Assembly (NCBI GenBank): GCA_022813965.1
Contig: JALDZS010000014.1
Span: 1 to 64,000 of the forward strand
Source: Toensbergia leucococca
Lineage: Eukaryota
Length of the DNA stretch: 64,000 bases
Reading direction: 5' to 3'
Shown: positions 1 to 12,762 of the stretch, piece after piece
Layout of the letters: each line of letters begins with the position of its first letter
How positions within the stretch are numbered: the first letter of the stretch is position 1
Notes under the pieces: model-generated
Seen by the model: the letters and a program-made list of their open reading frames with translations, nothing else
Databases searched by the model: none
What the model was told of the DNA's origin: nothing
Position numbers and translations under genes: made by a program

Positions 1-660
1 TTCTGAGGTTCTATTGCTTGAGGATGAAAGGGTCCCTGTCACATCTATGAGAAAGAGACTCCGGCTGCAAGGGCTTTCTCTAAAGAAGAGCTGAGAAAAG
101 AGGACATAATTAAATGGATGAAAGAGGAGAAGATCTGACTGACAAAATAAGAGGCTATAGATCTATCCCTAGCTGCTGCTGAAAAGAAACGTCAAGGAGT
201 TTATCCTCAGTTCTGCAATAGCTTTCAGCTACAATTATGATCTAAAGAAGAAGGAATTGATTGGTACAGATACAACAGACACATCCTATGAGCTCATTTA
301 CTCCCTGCATACACGGAATTCAAAAAAACCCACCCGGAGGCTTTGTTAATGCAAGATGGCTGCTCAAACCACACCTCTCACTGAAACGATCAAATTTTTC
401 TAGAATTCAACACTGATCTCTTAAAATGGCCCGGCAATTCCCCGGATCTCAACCCTATAGAACACATATGATGTCTCCTCAAGGATAGAGTCGCAAAGAG
501 AAGGCCTTATATCAAGGGGTATGAACAGCTACATGCAACGTGGATGGATGAGTGAGATAAGCTAGATATTGAGAAGGATATCAACCCGTTGATAGAAAAC
601 CTCTCAAGAAGAATCAAACAAGTCTTGGGGGCTGAAGGGAAGAACAACTTTCATGGCTAG
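1..660 (+). mobile_element. Tc1/mariner (DD34E) transposase remnant, 3' portion, inactivated by 10 in-frame stops; truncated by window start
   Basis: Frame 1 reads F*GSIA*G*KGPCHIYEKET...GIDWYRY...LLMQDGCSNH...LKWPGNSPDLNPIEHI*...AEGKNNFHG*. WPxNSPDLNPIE is the Tc1/IS630 catalytic motif, with 34 residues between D (355) and E (460). No frameshifts. Confidence 0.92.
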
Positions 661-1289
661 GTAGATAGATAGTTATAATTCAAGTTTGGATGGGGTATGC
701 CAAGACTGCACTGCGGTACGGTGGCCAGCCGAATAGATAATTTTTTGACCTCGTACTCGTACGATGTTTCTTTTGTAATTGTTTCATTTCAACATCTACG
801 AGTAAATTTACTTTAAAGCACATCAAAGAGCTTAATCCCCCAATTGATCCCGGAAGTTGGAATTAGATTGATGTTTCATGAAGTCATCATGTCACCGCAA
901 TTTTCTTGCTCCACTTTGGATTTGAATGCTTACCTGCCTACAAGCTTCGTTTCTCTCAGAGTAAAGAATATCGATTGTCTGATCTGATACCCTACCTTGC
1001 AGATGGCAATCAACTCCGTATTGAATGCTAAATGGTAAAGAACAACAAGAATGCACGGGTTATGCAATTGGTGAACAGACTTTCCCGCGAAAGCCGTTGT
1101 CTTTTATCAATTGTGGGGGATGTTTTCAATATAGAATTTACTTGTCAACAAACGTCACCTCCACATATTTGGCAGGAAGAGTCTAGCAGGATCAATGGTG
1201 AAGTGGATGAGCCTGTCGTTCAGATTCCCGCCGTTTCCTCTTTCTTTCTTTTCCTGTCTCGGTTCTATCTGAAGCTACACTCAGAAAAA

Positions 1290-2680
1290 GGAGCTTCCAC
1301 CATCTCCAGCGGCTTCCAAAGAGTCATTAATATGGACGGACCCTCTAGTGTGAAGGTCAGCAATACTGATTACTGGTTTTCCATCTCCAGTGAGGAGTGC
1401 CGAGGACCTCAAATCCTCGAAGATAGTCATGGACGTGAGAATGTGTTTGTCTAGCAAAGTCGCTTGGATCCCACGCTTTTGCTAAGTACCTACTAAGATT
1501 CATCGTTTTGATCTTGAGCGTATCCCAGAGCGAGGTGTCCATGCTCGAGGGGTTTGTGCTTTTGGAACCTTGAAGCTTCACGAAATTGCTGACGTGACCA
1601 AGGCTGGTGTTTTGATCGATAGCTTGCGGACAACTCCAGTCTTCATCCGCTTTTCAACCATTCTGGGTAGTCGATGAATTGCGGACACTCTGTCAAATAT
1701 CTATACTGAGGCAGGCAACTAGGACGTAGTGGGAAACGGTATTTCAGTTTTCTTCATCCAAAATGTCACTAAATTTCCAGATATTAAGATGCTACTCTAG
1801 TCTCCTTCTTTTGATATCATGATATGAATCAACACTTGTTGTCATAGTCCATGCTGGTAAGCCTGAGCCTAATACCTAAGTGTCTCAGGCTTCAATTGCT
1901 CATAACAACTTCTGAGATTTCTCATGCCCTCAATCTCTTGAAACGTATGAATAGAATTCATTATTACATATCTCACTTGGGAAATCTACCTAATAACATG
2001 TTCCGCAAACAAAGCATTCTAGAACTAGATCACGAATTAATTAATTCTATCCACACATCACATCACACTCCGAAGCTGCGCAAATATTCACGTAGGCTCA
2101 ATCGGATCGTGGTGTCCCTCGCTTTCTACGTAACACCTATACGAGTACACTCGACAGCGTAAGCTTTCACATAACCCACGAATCTCATGTTTTGTTGTCT
2201 TTGCTCCACGCATATCTCATCGGTTCATCTCCGTTTTTGGAGTTGCGGCTTGGTCGAGATATCCCTAATCAATTGAATTTGCGCTGTAGGCGAAAGGAAG
2301 AGAGACACTTTGTTAAAGTCCAATTCATTCCAACTTCAAGAATCCCTTCGTTTTTGTGGGATGAAGCTTTGAAATCAGCAGGGGAAGACCCGGATTTCTA
2401 CCTCAAGGATTTACACGAAGCCATCGTCCCAACGTGTAAGTTTGGCATTCAAACTCTCAAGCAGTCTTAGCAAGACGGTATCGACTTTGACATCCTGGAT
2501 ACTACTGAAATCTGGTCGGAGAAGCCAGTACCTGTCAGATATATCAAGGTAGCGAGCTCGAGCTAGAGCACAACAGAAATGTCGACGGATACTTCAATCA
2601 GACTGAGCAATTCGCTGTCTGCACAGCCCATGTGGTTCTAGGCATAGGCTTCAGCGATAACCCGCTTGTCTAAGGCAGGT
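1290..2680 (+). pseudogene. catA: Large-subunit (clade 2, CatA/Cat-1-like) catalase pseudogene
   Basis: Ordered catalase motifs: VKVSNTDYW...GPQILED; IHRFDLERIPERGVHARG (proximal His motif); FIRFSTILGSR*; YTEAGN*DVVGN..VFFIQ..KFPD; HAGKPEP..AHNNF*DF; RHFVK..LWDEALKSAGEDPDF; FDILD..IW..PVRYI; NRNVD..QTEQ..GFSDNPLV*GR. Contains stops, deletions and a non-catalase stretch at ~1940-2290. Confidence 0.88.
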
Positions 2681-4208
2681 CACTTCCGCTAGATTAGATC
2701 CGATTCGACTAGCAAATTTGATGCGTCGTTGAGAAAAAGTTCTCTTGTGACACATAGCTGTCCCGAACAGGGATATAATGGCAAAAGGTTCTAATGAATC
2801 GACTAGTCTGCCTGGGAGAAGGTGTTGAGCTAGTCAAGATCGCTTGCAGCATTGAAGGGAAGTCCTTCTCTACCTCTGGAACCCGCATGTCATGAAGCGA
2901 TACAGCGTTATCACGGTCGTTGCGGCCAAAGGGGAAAGCTTCTAGGAGACATCGAAAATGATGAAAGGGGCGAAGGAGTTTGTTGATGCTCATAGCTGCA
3001 ACATCTCGATGCACAAGAACTTTAATACAGAGATGGACGGACTTTCCGCCATGGTAGCTTACCAGGTGCTGGGGCTGTTCTCCCGATGGCTATTCCTTCA
3101 TAGTAATTGGCATGTTGCTTCAAATGACAAAAGTGATAATCCCAATGTTGTCTATCATTCCTATCATACGTCAGCATGCAGTACGGACATGTTGAGCAAC
3201 GTAATTCTAGACAAGCTTCCAATCAACGCTATTCCTTGATGATTGAAGCGGGGTTTAGTAGGCTGCAGGTACGAGTCTGAGTTTGGCAATGAAACCAGTA
3301 AAGATAACGTTTGTGCAAAGGAAGATATCGTTATCTGGGCGTAAGAAGTAAAATCAATGGCTACCATTCATTAAGCTTTGGCTTCTAGACTTGACGCGCA
3401 TGTGATGGCGCAGACATGCAGGTTGTGTCTTGGATTAGTCTTATGAAAGGAAATGAAAGAAGGACAATGATATCAAAAGAAGTGTGGTCCTTGTTTTGAA
3501 CATCCTCGTCTACCTACCTAGTTATGCGGGCCGCCGACGCGGCGATTCCCGAAGCTGCCGGACTCAAGATTTAGTTCTATTCTAGTGAGATGGCGGGGCT
3601 GAGTGGACTTGAGATGCAAATCCCAGAAGGTAATAATGAAAGAGAATCGTAAATTGCTCAGAATCGGCAGCCAAATTGCCAATAATTGACTAGGCGATAA
3701 GAGGATTTATTCGGAATGTATATTGTGGCTAGCTGAAGAAGCTCAAGGGATTACTCGCAGCGTCTCGGCTCACTATTCTAGTTGGAGCTTCTCCACCTAT
3801 CAGATATCGGCATATCTGAGGTCACACCTTCATCCGCCTCCACCACTCAACGCCAGCACATGCCCAATCTGTCCCTGGCATAAGGCCTTCGGGCACCTTG
3901 CAGAAATAAAGCTCCATCATTTGCTCGCCCTGATTGCCAGGCCTAGGTATTGTCCGCTTACTACCACAATCACAACCCCTCCATCACTCTGCTATTGTCG
4001 ACAATAGCTATTCGTTCTTTGTCATTCTCACACCAAAGCATTAACTTCCTCATTCACTGGCCTGCCGAATGGAATCAACACTTCGACCCGCTCTGCGGTA
4101 GCACTCGCGTGCCCGTCGTCATTCACAGACAACACACAACTCCACCTCTCCCACCAACCTACTTACATTCTCTCCAACACTTGAGCACAGCACTCTCATT
4201 TCCCAACC

Positions 4209-6579
4209 ATGCCTTTTCAACATGTTCCAGAGCTTGGCCTTGCCCTTGTAGGGGCTCCTAACAGTAGCAACGGATTTTCCAAGACCGAACCCAAACCCAC
4301 GCAGGTTATGTGTGTTGATCTTGCCCCAGCTTTACTCGACGAGCTCTTGAGGAGCGCTCGGAAGCCTGGCAAGGGTGTACATATTTCTTTTGGAAAGTTA
4401 CAAGTACGTGAGAAGGGCATGGTTGGCTTCCCTATCAAACAAAGCTGACTCGCCGAACATTTACAGACCCTCCATTACGGTAATCATTCGCAACAATTCA
4501 ACACTACGACACAGCCTTTCCGGAGCGAGCTCTACAGCATCTCGTCGGGCACAAAAGACGAGCTTACCTTCGCGGGGTTGCTGAGCCACAAACTTGAACC
4601 GAAGAAAGCCCAGACCCTACCAGAAGACGCCGACGCCGCTATGCTGGCGCTGCAGAACCAGCTAAAGGTCATAGAGCAAGAGAAGAGGTCCAAAAAGTGA
4701 GTTGCCCTTACGGGTAGTCGGCCTCACGGGTGATTACCGACAAACTTTCTACAAATCTTTCTAAAACAATGTCTTGTCTAGGGCTCTGTTTGTTCCCGAT
4801 GGCTCCAAGCTTCCGCCTGCAGGTGGTCACAAGCGTAACACCTCCAAGACAAACACTTTGTCATTTCTGAACAAGAACAAACTTCCACGGATCTTCGATA
4901 ATCCTACCACTCGTTCGATGCCATCAAGCCCCTCGCTTGGAGCCTCTCGCTCACCTCTACCAAGCGCGGCTGCCCCCACGTCCGCCCCTGTTGTTCTTGA
5001 CGAAAAGACCAAGAAACTCCAGGCCCTACGAACTCCTCTAATTCACCTTCTCGCTGTCCGCCCGGTATCGGAAAAGTTCCTTGCCCAGAAGACATGCAGC
5101 AAGCAGGAAGAATGCCTTGAGATCTTACAGAAGGTCGGTAAATCAGCTCGGCTCGACCCTTCAAAGTGGGATTTGTCGGATCGTACATTCAAAGAGTTGG
5201 ATGTCTGGAAATTCAACTACCCCAGCCAGGAAGATCGTCAATCAGCCATTGATCGAGCGATCTCCGCTTTTGATCGATTACGCCTTTCTCGTGAGGAGAA
5301 TGTCTGGCAGACGCTGTTGCCGCAATCAGAGCGGGGAAAAGGCAAAATTCTCTCAAAGCTGAACTTACACGCAGGGCCTATTCAGAGAAGCAGTACTCCG
5401 AAAATCAACGTGCAGTCTACCCAAGATGTCCCCACTGGTGGAGACACGACCGGCAACGACAGTGATAGTAGGAAGAGGAGTCGACTTGCTCCTGGCGATG
5501 CTGAACCAATTGCTCGTTCGAGATCGCAGGATTCAATTAAGAAGAGAAAGGTCAGTGAGAAGGAGGCCCAGTCTAAGCGTCTCCTGGGAAAAGGCCCAAA
5601 AAAGAACCCACCCATTTCAAAAGTCAAAGAGACAAAACCTGCTGTGAAAAGGGGAGGACGAAAGCTTGCAGGTGCCACTGGCACTACTATAAAATCGACC
5701 CAGTTCGTTCACGATTCTGACGAGGATGAGGAGATGCCAGACGCGGTTTCTGGCCATGCGGGACCAGCTGTACTAAATACTTCCGCAGGTGAGATGAAGA
5801 AAAGCAATTCATCTGTCAACACCACCATGTCTCAAGCCAAGACAGCGACGCCGTCTAATCCCGCCAAACCCAAAGATCTCAAAGAGCCAAAGAACGCGGT
5901 CACACCACGAGGCGAAGTGCTTAAGAAAGAATCATCTTCACCTCGCTCTATGAGCTCCGGATCTAAGCCTCGAGTTACGGATGTCGGCCCAAAGTCGCAT
6001 CCAATGAAGAAAGAAATATCTCGACCGAAAAACACCACTTCGCCTCACAAGCCTTCTCCTCTTGGCTCGTCGCCGCCTACCAATGCGTCAGACTTCGACA
6101 ACGATCCGCGACCGACCCTTGGCTCTTCGTCCTCATCGTCTCCTTTAATCACGCAGACACGAAAAGACAAAACAAATATCTCTCGTCCTGGGATGGCTCA
6201 GGCGGGCCCCAAAGTGGCGTCCAATGGTGGGCAACCTCCAAAACGCAAAGCTGAGGACACTGAAAAGGACACTGAAAAGGACCTGGCCAGCCATAACACA
6301 CCTTCGACCAATGGCAACGGCGATACAATAAAGCGTCGCAAAACGTCTACCATGTCACCTCCGACACCAGATAGTAGTAATTCTAGTGTCACATCTCAAC
6401 CCAACGTGGAAATCATTGAGAAGGCGCAGCGGTTCAAGATGTTTCATGCGAAATACGAGAAGCTATATCGCGAAGTGTCAAGCTTGACAGATCCGCAGCA
6501 GGACAAGGTCGAAACGCTCATGAAAATGCATGAACGACTAGCTGCCATGAAGGAGGAGATCGTGCGAGGGATTGTGTAA
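4209..6579 (+). CDS. RNA polymerase II elongation factor ELL-like protein (introns 4404-4466, 4697-4781)
   Basis: Spliced frame is continuous. ELL-type core LRTPLIHLLAVRP...LQKVGK...WDL....KELDVWKFNYPSQEDRQ, basic NLS-rich middle, and a C-terminal occludin/ELL-like helix (KYEKLY...LMKMHERLAAMKEEI). Confidence 0.72.
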
Positions 6580-7156
6580 GGTAATTAGCGGAGACGTGGG
6601 ATCAGCCCAGTTCGGACGGGATCTCTAATTATGATAAAAGATGGATACCAGGAGGTCTCTTTGACTTATGAGCATGGCGTTGGCGGGGGAAAAGTCGGCG
6701 TTTCAGGGAGGCTATGTAGGCCGGTGGATTTCACCCTCTACAGTTCTGAGGAGAATCTGAAGTTCATCAACACGATTGGATGTGAAAGAGAATTGGGCGT
6801 TATGCCAGCCCACAGGCTTTTATCGGGCGTGTTTGAAGTCCCAATTGCCAAGCGATAGGACAGATGTAACAATGCAAGACTTGAAATATTCAAGACGATG
6901 AAAGACTTCCAATACTAAAGTATTTGATAGATGTACTCGTACGAGTATGGTGATAGGGATCAAGCGGACTTGTGCATGACACGATCGGCAACCTAATTGC
7001 TAAGCTCCGGTCTTAAAGACGTCACGATTCACCTCATTTACATCAGTGCAATTGTTAGGAAATATACACTCTTTTCCTTCGATGCAACCTGGCTCTTTTA
7101 CATATTTCCTCACTGCAATCACTTGTTCTATCATCGCCGTCATTGTGGCTTTCAGA

Positions 7157-8098
7157 ATGGCTACCAAACCGAGCAATCACAACCTCAATGGTGCGTTCAA
7201 TTCCTACCAAAATAAAAGGAAAAAAACCGTCCTTTTGTAAAAAGCTTTGTGCTCTTGTTACATTTCTTCTATCTTTTGAAAAACCCGGCGGTATCTTGCT
7301 GCTGTTCTTCAAGTCAATGCTTCCAAGAGCACTTCAATATAGAGTATATCCATCTCAATCGACCTAAACAACCCTTCAAAACTTCAAGGCCATTTACGTC
7401 CCACAAGCTCCATCACTAACAAGTGACCATGCCACAGTCCTCAAAAAACCCCTTGGCCTCTTCTCCCAATCCCCAATGACAGGTTTCTACCGCGACGGCT
7501 ACTGCCGCTCCGGCCCCGAGGACAAAGGCAACCACGCCGTAGCAGGCACGTCTATCTTTCCTCTGCCCTAACCCCCATTCTCAATCCAGCACACATTCAC
7601 CCTCACACCCTCCTCATCTCTCCAAAAAGGTCGTTTTGACAAACAGCGCTCACACGAGCGAAACAGCGGTCGTAACGCGCGAATTTCTCGAATTCTCCGC
7701 CTCCCAAGGCAACGACCTGCGCACCATCGGCCTGACGCCGGGTTGCAAATGGTGCCTATGCACCAGCCGGTGGAAAGAAGCCATGGAAGCGAGACAAGGG
7801 GACGAGGACCCTGTTGTGCCGAAGTAGGATTTCCTCCCTTCCCCTTCCACACTACCCCTTCTCCCAGACCCCGCCCCCCAAAGCCCCCAAAAATAATTCA
7901 CTCACTTCCGAACGTCCTCACTCCAACAGAGTCTTCCTCCACGCAACCGACCAATCCGCACTCTCTGCCATCTCCCTCAGCGACCTCAAGAAATTCGCCG
8001 CAGAAGGCGAGGTCGATCGTAGCGGCGGCTCCTTGGGAGGTAATACCCCCGTGACACCGAGCGGAAGGCCAGGCGCTGCTGTTCGGGAGACGCATTGA
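7157..8098 (+). CDS. DUF2237 family protein (introns 7191-7437, 7546-7666 [GC-AG], 7824-7929; possible upstream in-frame start at 7082)
   Basis: Spliced product MATKPSNHNLNVLKKPLGLFSQSPMTGFYRDGYCRSGPEDKGNHAVAAVVTREFLEFSASQGNDL...GLTPGCKWCLCTSRWKEA...PKVFLHAT has the PxTGFxRDGxC, GNDL and WCLCxxRW signatures of DUF2237. Confidence 0.85.
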
Positions 8099-9081
8099 AC
8101 GGATCAGGGCGAGCGAGGTGGGCACGCGGAGTGAATGTAGAACATGTACGGTTGAGGAGAGGGAGAAGAATTGGGGAGAAAATAGGGAGGATTATCAAGA
8201 TAAAAAAGCATATCTCAACGATGGTAGGAATACTCTATCCGGGTCCCAAATCCATACCTTTTCAAAACCTCTCAAAATATCAAATCACACGTTCTCGTAT
8301 CCCATTTTTGACAATCAAGAGCCAAATCGTATAGAACGAGAGGGGGGGAAAGAAATCGTAGATTCATGTAATCCACAATGAAGCAAGATCACTATCGCTA
8401 TTTGATTACAAAAACCACCAGCTCCCCGAACCACCATAAGAAAGAAAGAAAAAAATGAAAAAATGAGAAATAAAAGCATAGAAAAGAAAAGCCGTTTCAA
8501 GTGCCTCCTCCCTCCTGAGACCCGTAAAATTTTGAATTTCACAGACGTTGGGCAACCTCCCTCAATCCCATCATTTTCAAACCACCAACGCCTTATGCTT
8601 TTTCCCCCGTAGGCAAAATTCGAGAAAGCATACGTTATGCTAGAAATGTACGCGTGAACCCCCTAGCTACATGCCGCAGCAACAATTCGCCTATTCAGCC
8701 CGCTTCAGGAAAAATAGACAAAAGAAGAAATCACCCTAACGTCCCTCGGTCCCCAGAGATTTAGAACAAGCGACATTGCAAGGATGCCGTTGGATATCCA
8801 AAGCAAAAGATTGATATACAACGACACCAAATATGGATAAAGCGCAGATTCCCTTCCTGCTTTTTTGGATGCAATCTGTTGAATTCAAAGGGTATGTAAG
8901 TGTAGGCTTGCGGGATGCCAAAATGAAGAATAAGAAGAAGAAGTAGAAGATACGAGAGATTCGAGCGCTTCGACATCTCTCGAGGTTGGAAGTGGTGTAA
9001 TATTCGTCGTGATGAAGAGGAAAGGGAGATTTGATGCATCTATGTCGAGAAATCGCATGAGTATGTATGTAGGGAAGGCAG

Positions 9082-12000
9082 TCATGATACAGGTATAATG
9101 GTATCCTCTGGATCGGAGGACTTGTCCACACTCGCCTCGGGCGGCGGTGAGCCATCATTTTCCTCAGCCGCCTCGGGAATAGTCGCGCAATAGCGTTTCA
9201 GGACTTGCTTAAGGGCTGGGCGGCGGATCGGTTTCGGGAGGAAGAAATCCATGCCTGAGTCCATGCACTCTTTGACATTACTTTCTTCTGCAAAAGCCGT
9301 GAGAGCGACGATAGGTGCAGAGTAGCCCATTTCGCGGATAAGCCGTGTACTTTGCAGGCCATCGACATTGGGCATCTGAGATTTTATTAGTACAAGTAAG
9401 GTGTGGAATTCTTGTAGACAGGGTACTATACTTGAATGTCCATGAAAATGAGGTTGAACAGCTTTTGCTGCTCCATGCTCTCTTTCACGAGCTCGAACGC
9501 CTCTTGGCCATCCTTTGCGACTGTAACATCTGCTAACCATCAGCACCATGCCACTGTATGTGCAAATAGACGTACCGTAGATGTCCTCGAGCTTCAGCAT
9601 GCGAAGAACAACTTCTTGGTTTACTTGATTGTCCTCCGCGACCAGCACTCGGACCTTGTCGCCCCGCTTCGATGCTTGGGCAGCGACACGCTCGATTGCG
9701 GCAATTTGTTGACTAGACGACTCTAGAGGCGGGCTGGTTGCGAAAAATGGTTGACTTAGACCGACAAGACGTGGCTTCGCAGGCGTGTCGAAGCCACTGA
9801 GTGCAGGGTTCATATCGGGCACCGAATTGTCTGATAGGTCCTCGGAAGACTCACTCTTCTGAGGAGTAGATGGCTCATCATTTATTGAAGGCACTGCGAG
9901 GCTATTCCGTCTTGAATTTGGATTGACGCTAGAGCTGGTGGTGCTGTCTGCCCGTTCTTTCGTAAAAAACAATGGTATTCGCATTGTGAACTTGCTCCCG
10001 ACTCCTTCTTGACTCTTGAGCACGATCGTCCCCTTCATAAGGCTTGCAAGTTGCGCACAAATGCTTAGTCCAAGTCCTGTCCCACCATATTTTTTGCTAA
10101 GCCCGAGATCTCCCTGTACAAACGGTTCGAAGACGCGCTGTTGCTGGCTTTCCGGAATCCCAGGCCCGGTATCTTCAATCTCGAATTCGAAGATGAATGT
10201 TCTGGCGTTGATAGGTGGGGGTGACGAGGAATGTTCCCGCACTGCGATGTACGGTATTGACTTTGGCTCTCGGCCATTAATCTGAAGCGCTGTCGACATT
10301 TCTCCATCTCCTGATCCAGGCATAACCACAGAAGACTCTGAGCCGGATGCAACACGACCTCGCTTCTTCGTGTTCCTAGAGGAGAGCTGCTTGGACTGTT
10401 TGGATTGCTTGGACTGGATCGACGTCTTCCGACTGATGACTCTCTCTTCTACTTCGCCTACGCATCTAATTCGGACTTCCACAGAGCCACCAGGAGGTGT
10501 AAATTTCAAGCTATTGCTTACGAGATTAATGATAACCTGTAAGATCCTGTGTTGGTCGCCCCACACATACATGTCCCGTACCCGTCCAGTACCCCAGGGT
10601 CCAAGTCCGCTTTGCACCGGAGCACTCGTGTTAGTCTCCAGGCAATCGAGAGGTCCTTGGAAGCCCACGCGTAAAATGATAGAGCCATCTTTCGACTGCT
10701 TGTCAAATATTGATAGGATCTGTGAGCTTATGTCCGCAAGGCGGAATTCCTTCTCTTCCAGGCTAAGCTGCCGGCCAATCTGATTTTTAGAGAATGTCAA
10801 GAGATCGGTGAGGAGGTGTAGTAACAGATCACCTGACTTGTAAATTATCCCTAGCGATCGCTTTATCTTTGATTGGTCGTCCTCGGACATGCACACTGCG
10901 CACATGCCCAGGATTCCGTTCAATGGCGTTTTGAGCTCGTGGGAGATATTTGCAATGAAAAGAGTCTTGCTCTCGTTAGCAGCCTCAGCAGCCTTTTTAC
11001 TTATTTCAAGCTCCTGAGTCCTCTCCTTGACCCTTTCCTCCAGTCTCTCATATTGCATCATCAGCTCCTCGGACATCTCATTGAAGGTCGCTGTGAGGTC
11101 GGTCAACTCGTCATTTATGAAATGCTTGCGATCTTGGACTTTGCCGGGAATGCGAAAGCTCTGCCGGCGCATCTGATCTTGTCGTTCGCGTTTAGTCTTA
11201 CTGTCCCCGCGTCCGAATCGTGACATCCGCCCAACAAAGCCTTCTTTCTTTGCCTCTATTGCTCGAATATCGTCATCGCCAGATCCTAGCCCTTCCCTAT
11301 CGTTGGAGACAGAGGATCGAACACTTCCGTCGTCAAATGGGTAGCGATATGGCTCGACCGTTTTCTTGGTCGCATCACGTAATCTTCTGATTGGCCGAAC
11401 GGAAAAGTGTGCAATTGGAAACAAAAGCAGAAGTATCACACCTGTAGTACCAAATACGCATGCCAGCAAGAGATCACGAAGATGATTGATCGGCTGGATA
11501 ATCTCACCGTGAGAGTACTCGATGATTAATACCCAGTTGACCAGGTTGGATGATGGTAAAGCAAAGCCCACAGATACTTGCTGATTCTCTTCGTCGTTGG
11601 TGGAAATGAGACTGCCACCATTGTTAGAAGCACCGTTGTTCTGAGTGAAGGCTTTCAAAACCGCTGGGTAATCCTGCATTGCGAAAGGGGTACTGGAATT
11701 TGGATATGCATGAGACGCATGACGGGTACTCCGAGTTGAGTTTTGAGTGGGCGGAAGGACAAATTGAACTTGCAGTTGCTCCTCAACCGATTTGTTGTCC
11801 TTGTCCATGCTGTTGTACATCACGCCAGGTGGAAATGTATTGTTTACTGTTGTTGTCCCAATAATGAGGACTTCCCCTGTGTTACCCAAGCCTTCAGTAT
11901 TATCGTTGACGGCGAATAATAATTCTCCACTGATCACCACTGTAATCCAACCCAAGGTATCCGTAGCAGAGGTGTTGTTGATGATTGGCATGGTGATAGA

Positions 12001-12762
12001 AAGCAGGGCGAATGACGCATTGGTTAGCCAAGGGCCAATGAAAAGTGCTGAGGCGGGAGATAACTCGTTTCCGTCAAAGTATGCAATCGATTGATTGAAG
12101 GTGCTATTGACTACCGTCGAAGTGAATGTTAGATTAGGGTATAAGTTCGGAGGATATCCCAGTCCATCATCACCTAGATACACAGGTGTGGTGTTGGTAT
12201 AGTCATACGGTAGAGAAACAGTCCCTACAGAGCTGTTTCCGGTGACATTCATAAGTGGGTAAGGGCCTCCGCTACCAGTACCATTCTTAGACACGACACG
12301 AGCCTGCAATAAATCGGCCGCAGAGCCTACTCCTGCAAGAGTGCTCTGGAGGTCCGATATGGCGCGTGCCCAATTTTCCACGGTATTATTCCCTGCATTA
12401 TAACGTTGCAGAGCATTCTGAAGCGTGATACGAGTGGATAAAGATGTTACGCTTGTTTGTAAGAGGACAAGATTGGAGGATAATTGATTGGCATAGAGCG
12501 AGGCAGTAAGAGAGAGGCTCTCCGATCTATATGGTCATGAGCAAGTGCCTTCTTCAGTAGATGGGCTTTGTCTACTCACCTAATGCCCGTGACGAAATTG
12601 TAATTGGTGACCCACTGAGATGTCCTCTATTAGCCGGGTGATCATGCATGATGCTATACGTCACAAGAAGCAGCTTACCGTCGCAATGGCTACGACAGCT
12701 AGTGCTATCAAGGACGTCAGTAGCACGAGCAACCCCAATTGTTCTCGGATGGGAATCCGCAT
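9082..12762 (-). CDS. SLN1: Transmembrane hybrid histidine kinase, Sln1/TcsB type (group VI)
   Basis: N-terminus [15 protein letters not shown] (TM1), Asn-rich extracellular region, TM2 plus HAMP-like region, H-box [17 protein letters not shown]-box [11 protein letters not shown]-boxes DTGPGI and GGTGLGL, receiver VLVAEDN...FMDIQMP. The receiver Asp appears only after splicing introns 9575-9530 and 9431-9376; further introns lie at the 5' end. Confidence 0.93.

Noticed and set aside
1..660. TGA read as Trp (alternative genetic code or mitochondrial insert)
   Set aside because: TGG codons and a TAA stop coexist in the frame, neighbouring genes use TGA as stop, and the protein is a nuclear-type transposase. 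Mutation explains it better.
2709..3367. Three short minus-strand ORFs that might be one fragmented gene
   Set aside because: No recognisable motif or consistent splice structure.
9376..9575. Apparently aberrant Sln1 receiver lacking the phospho-Asp in the ORF track
   Set aside because: Artefact of two introns (46 + 56 nt) whose combined length keeps the frame; splicing restores FMDIQMP.
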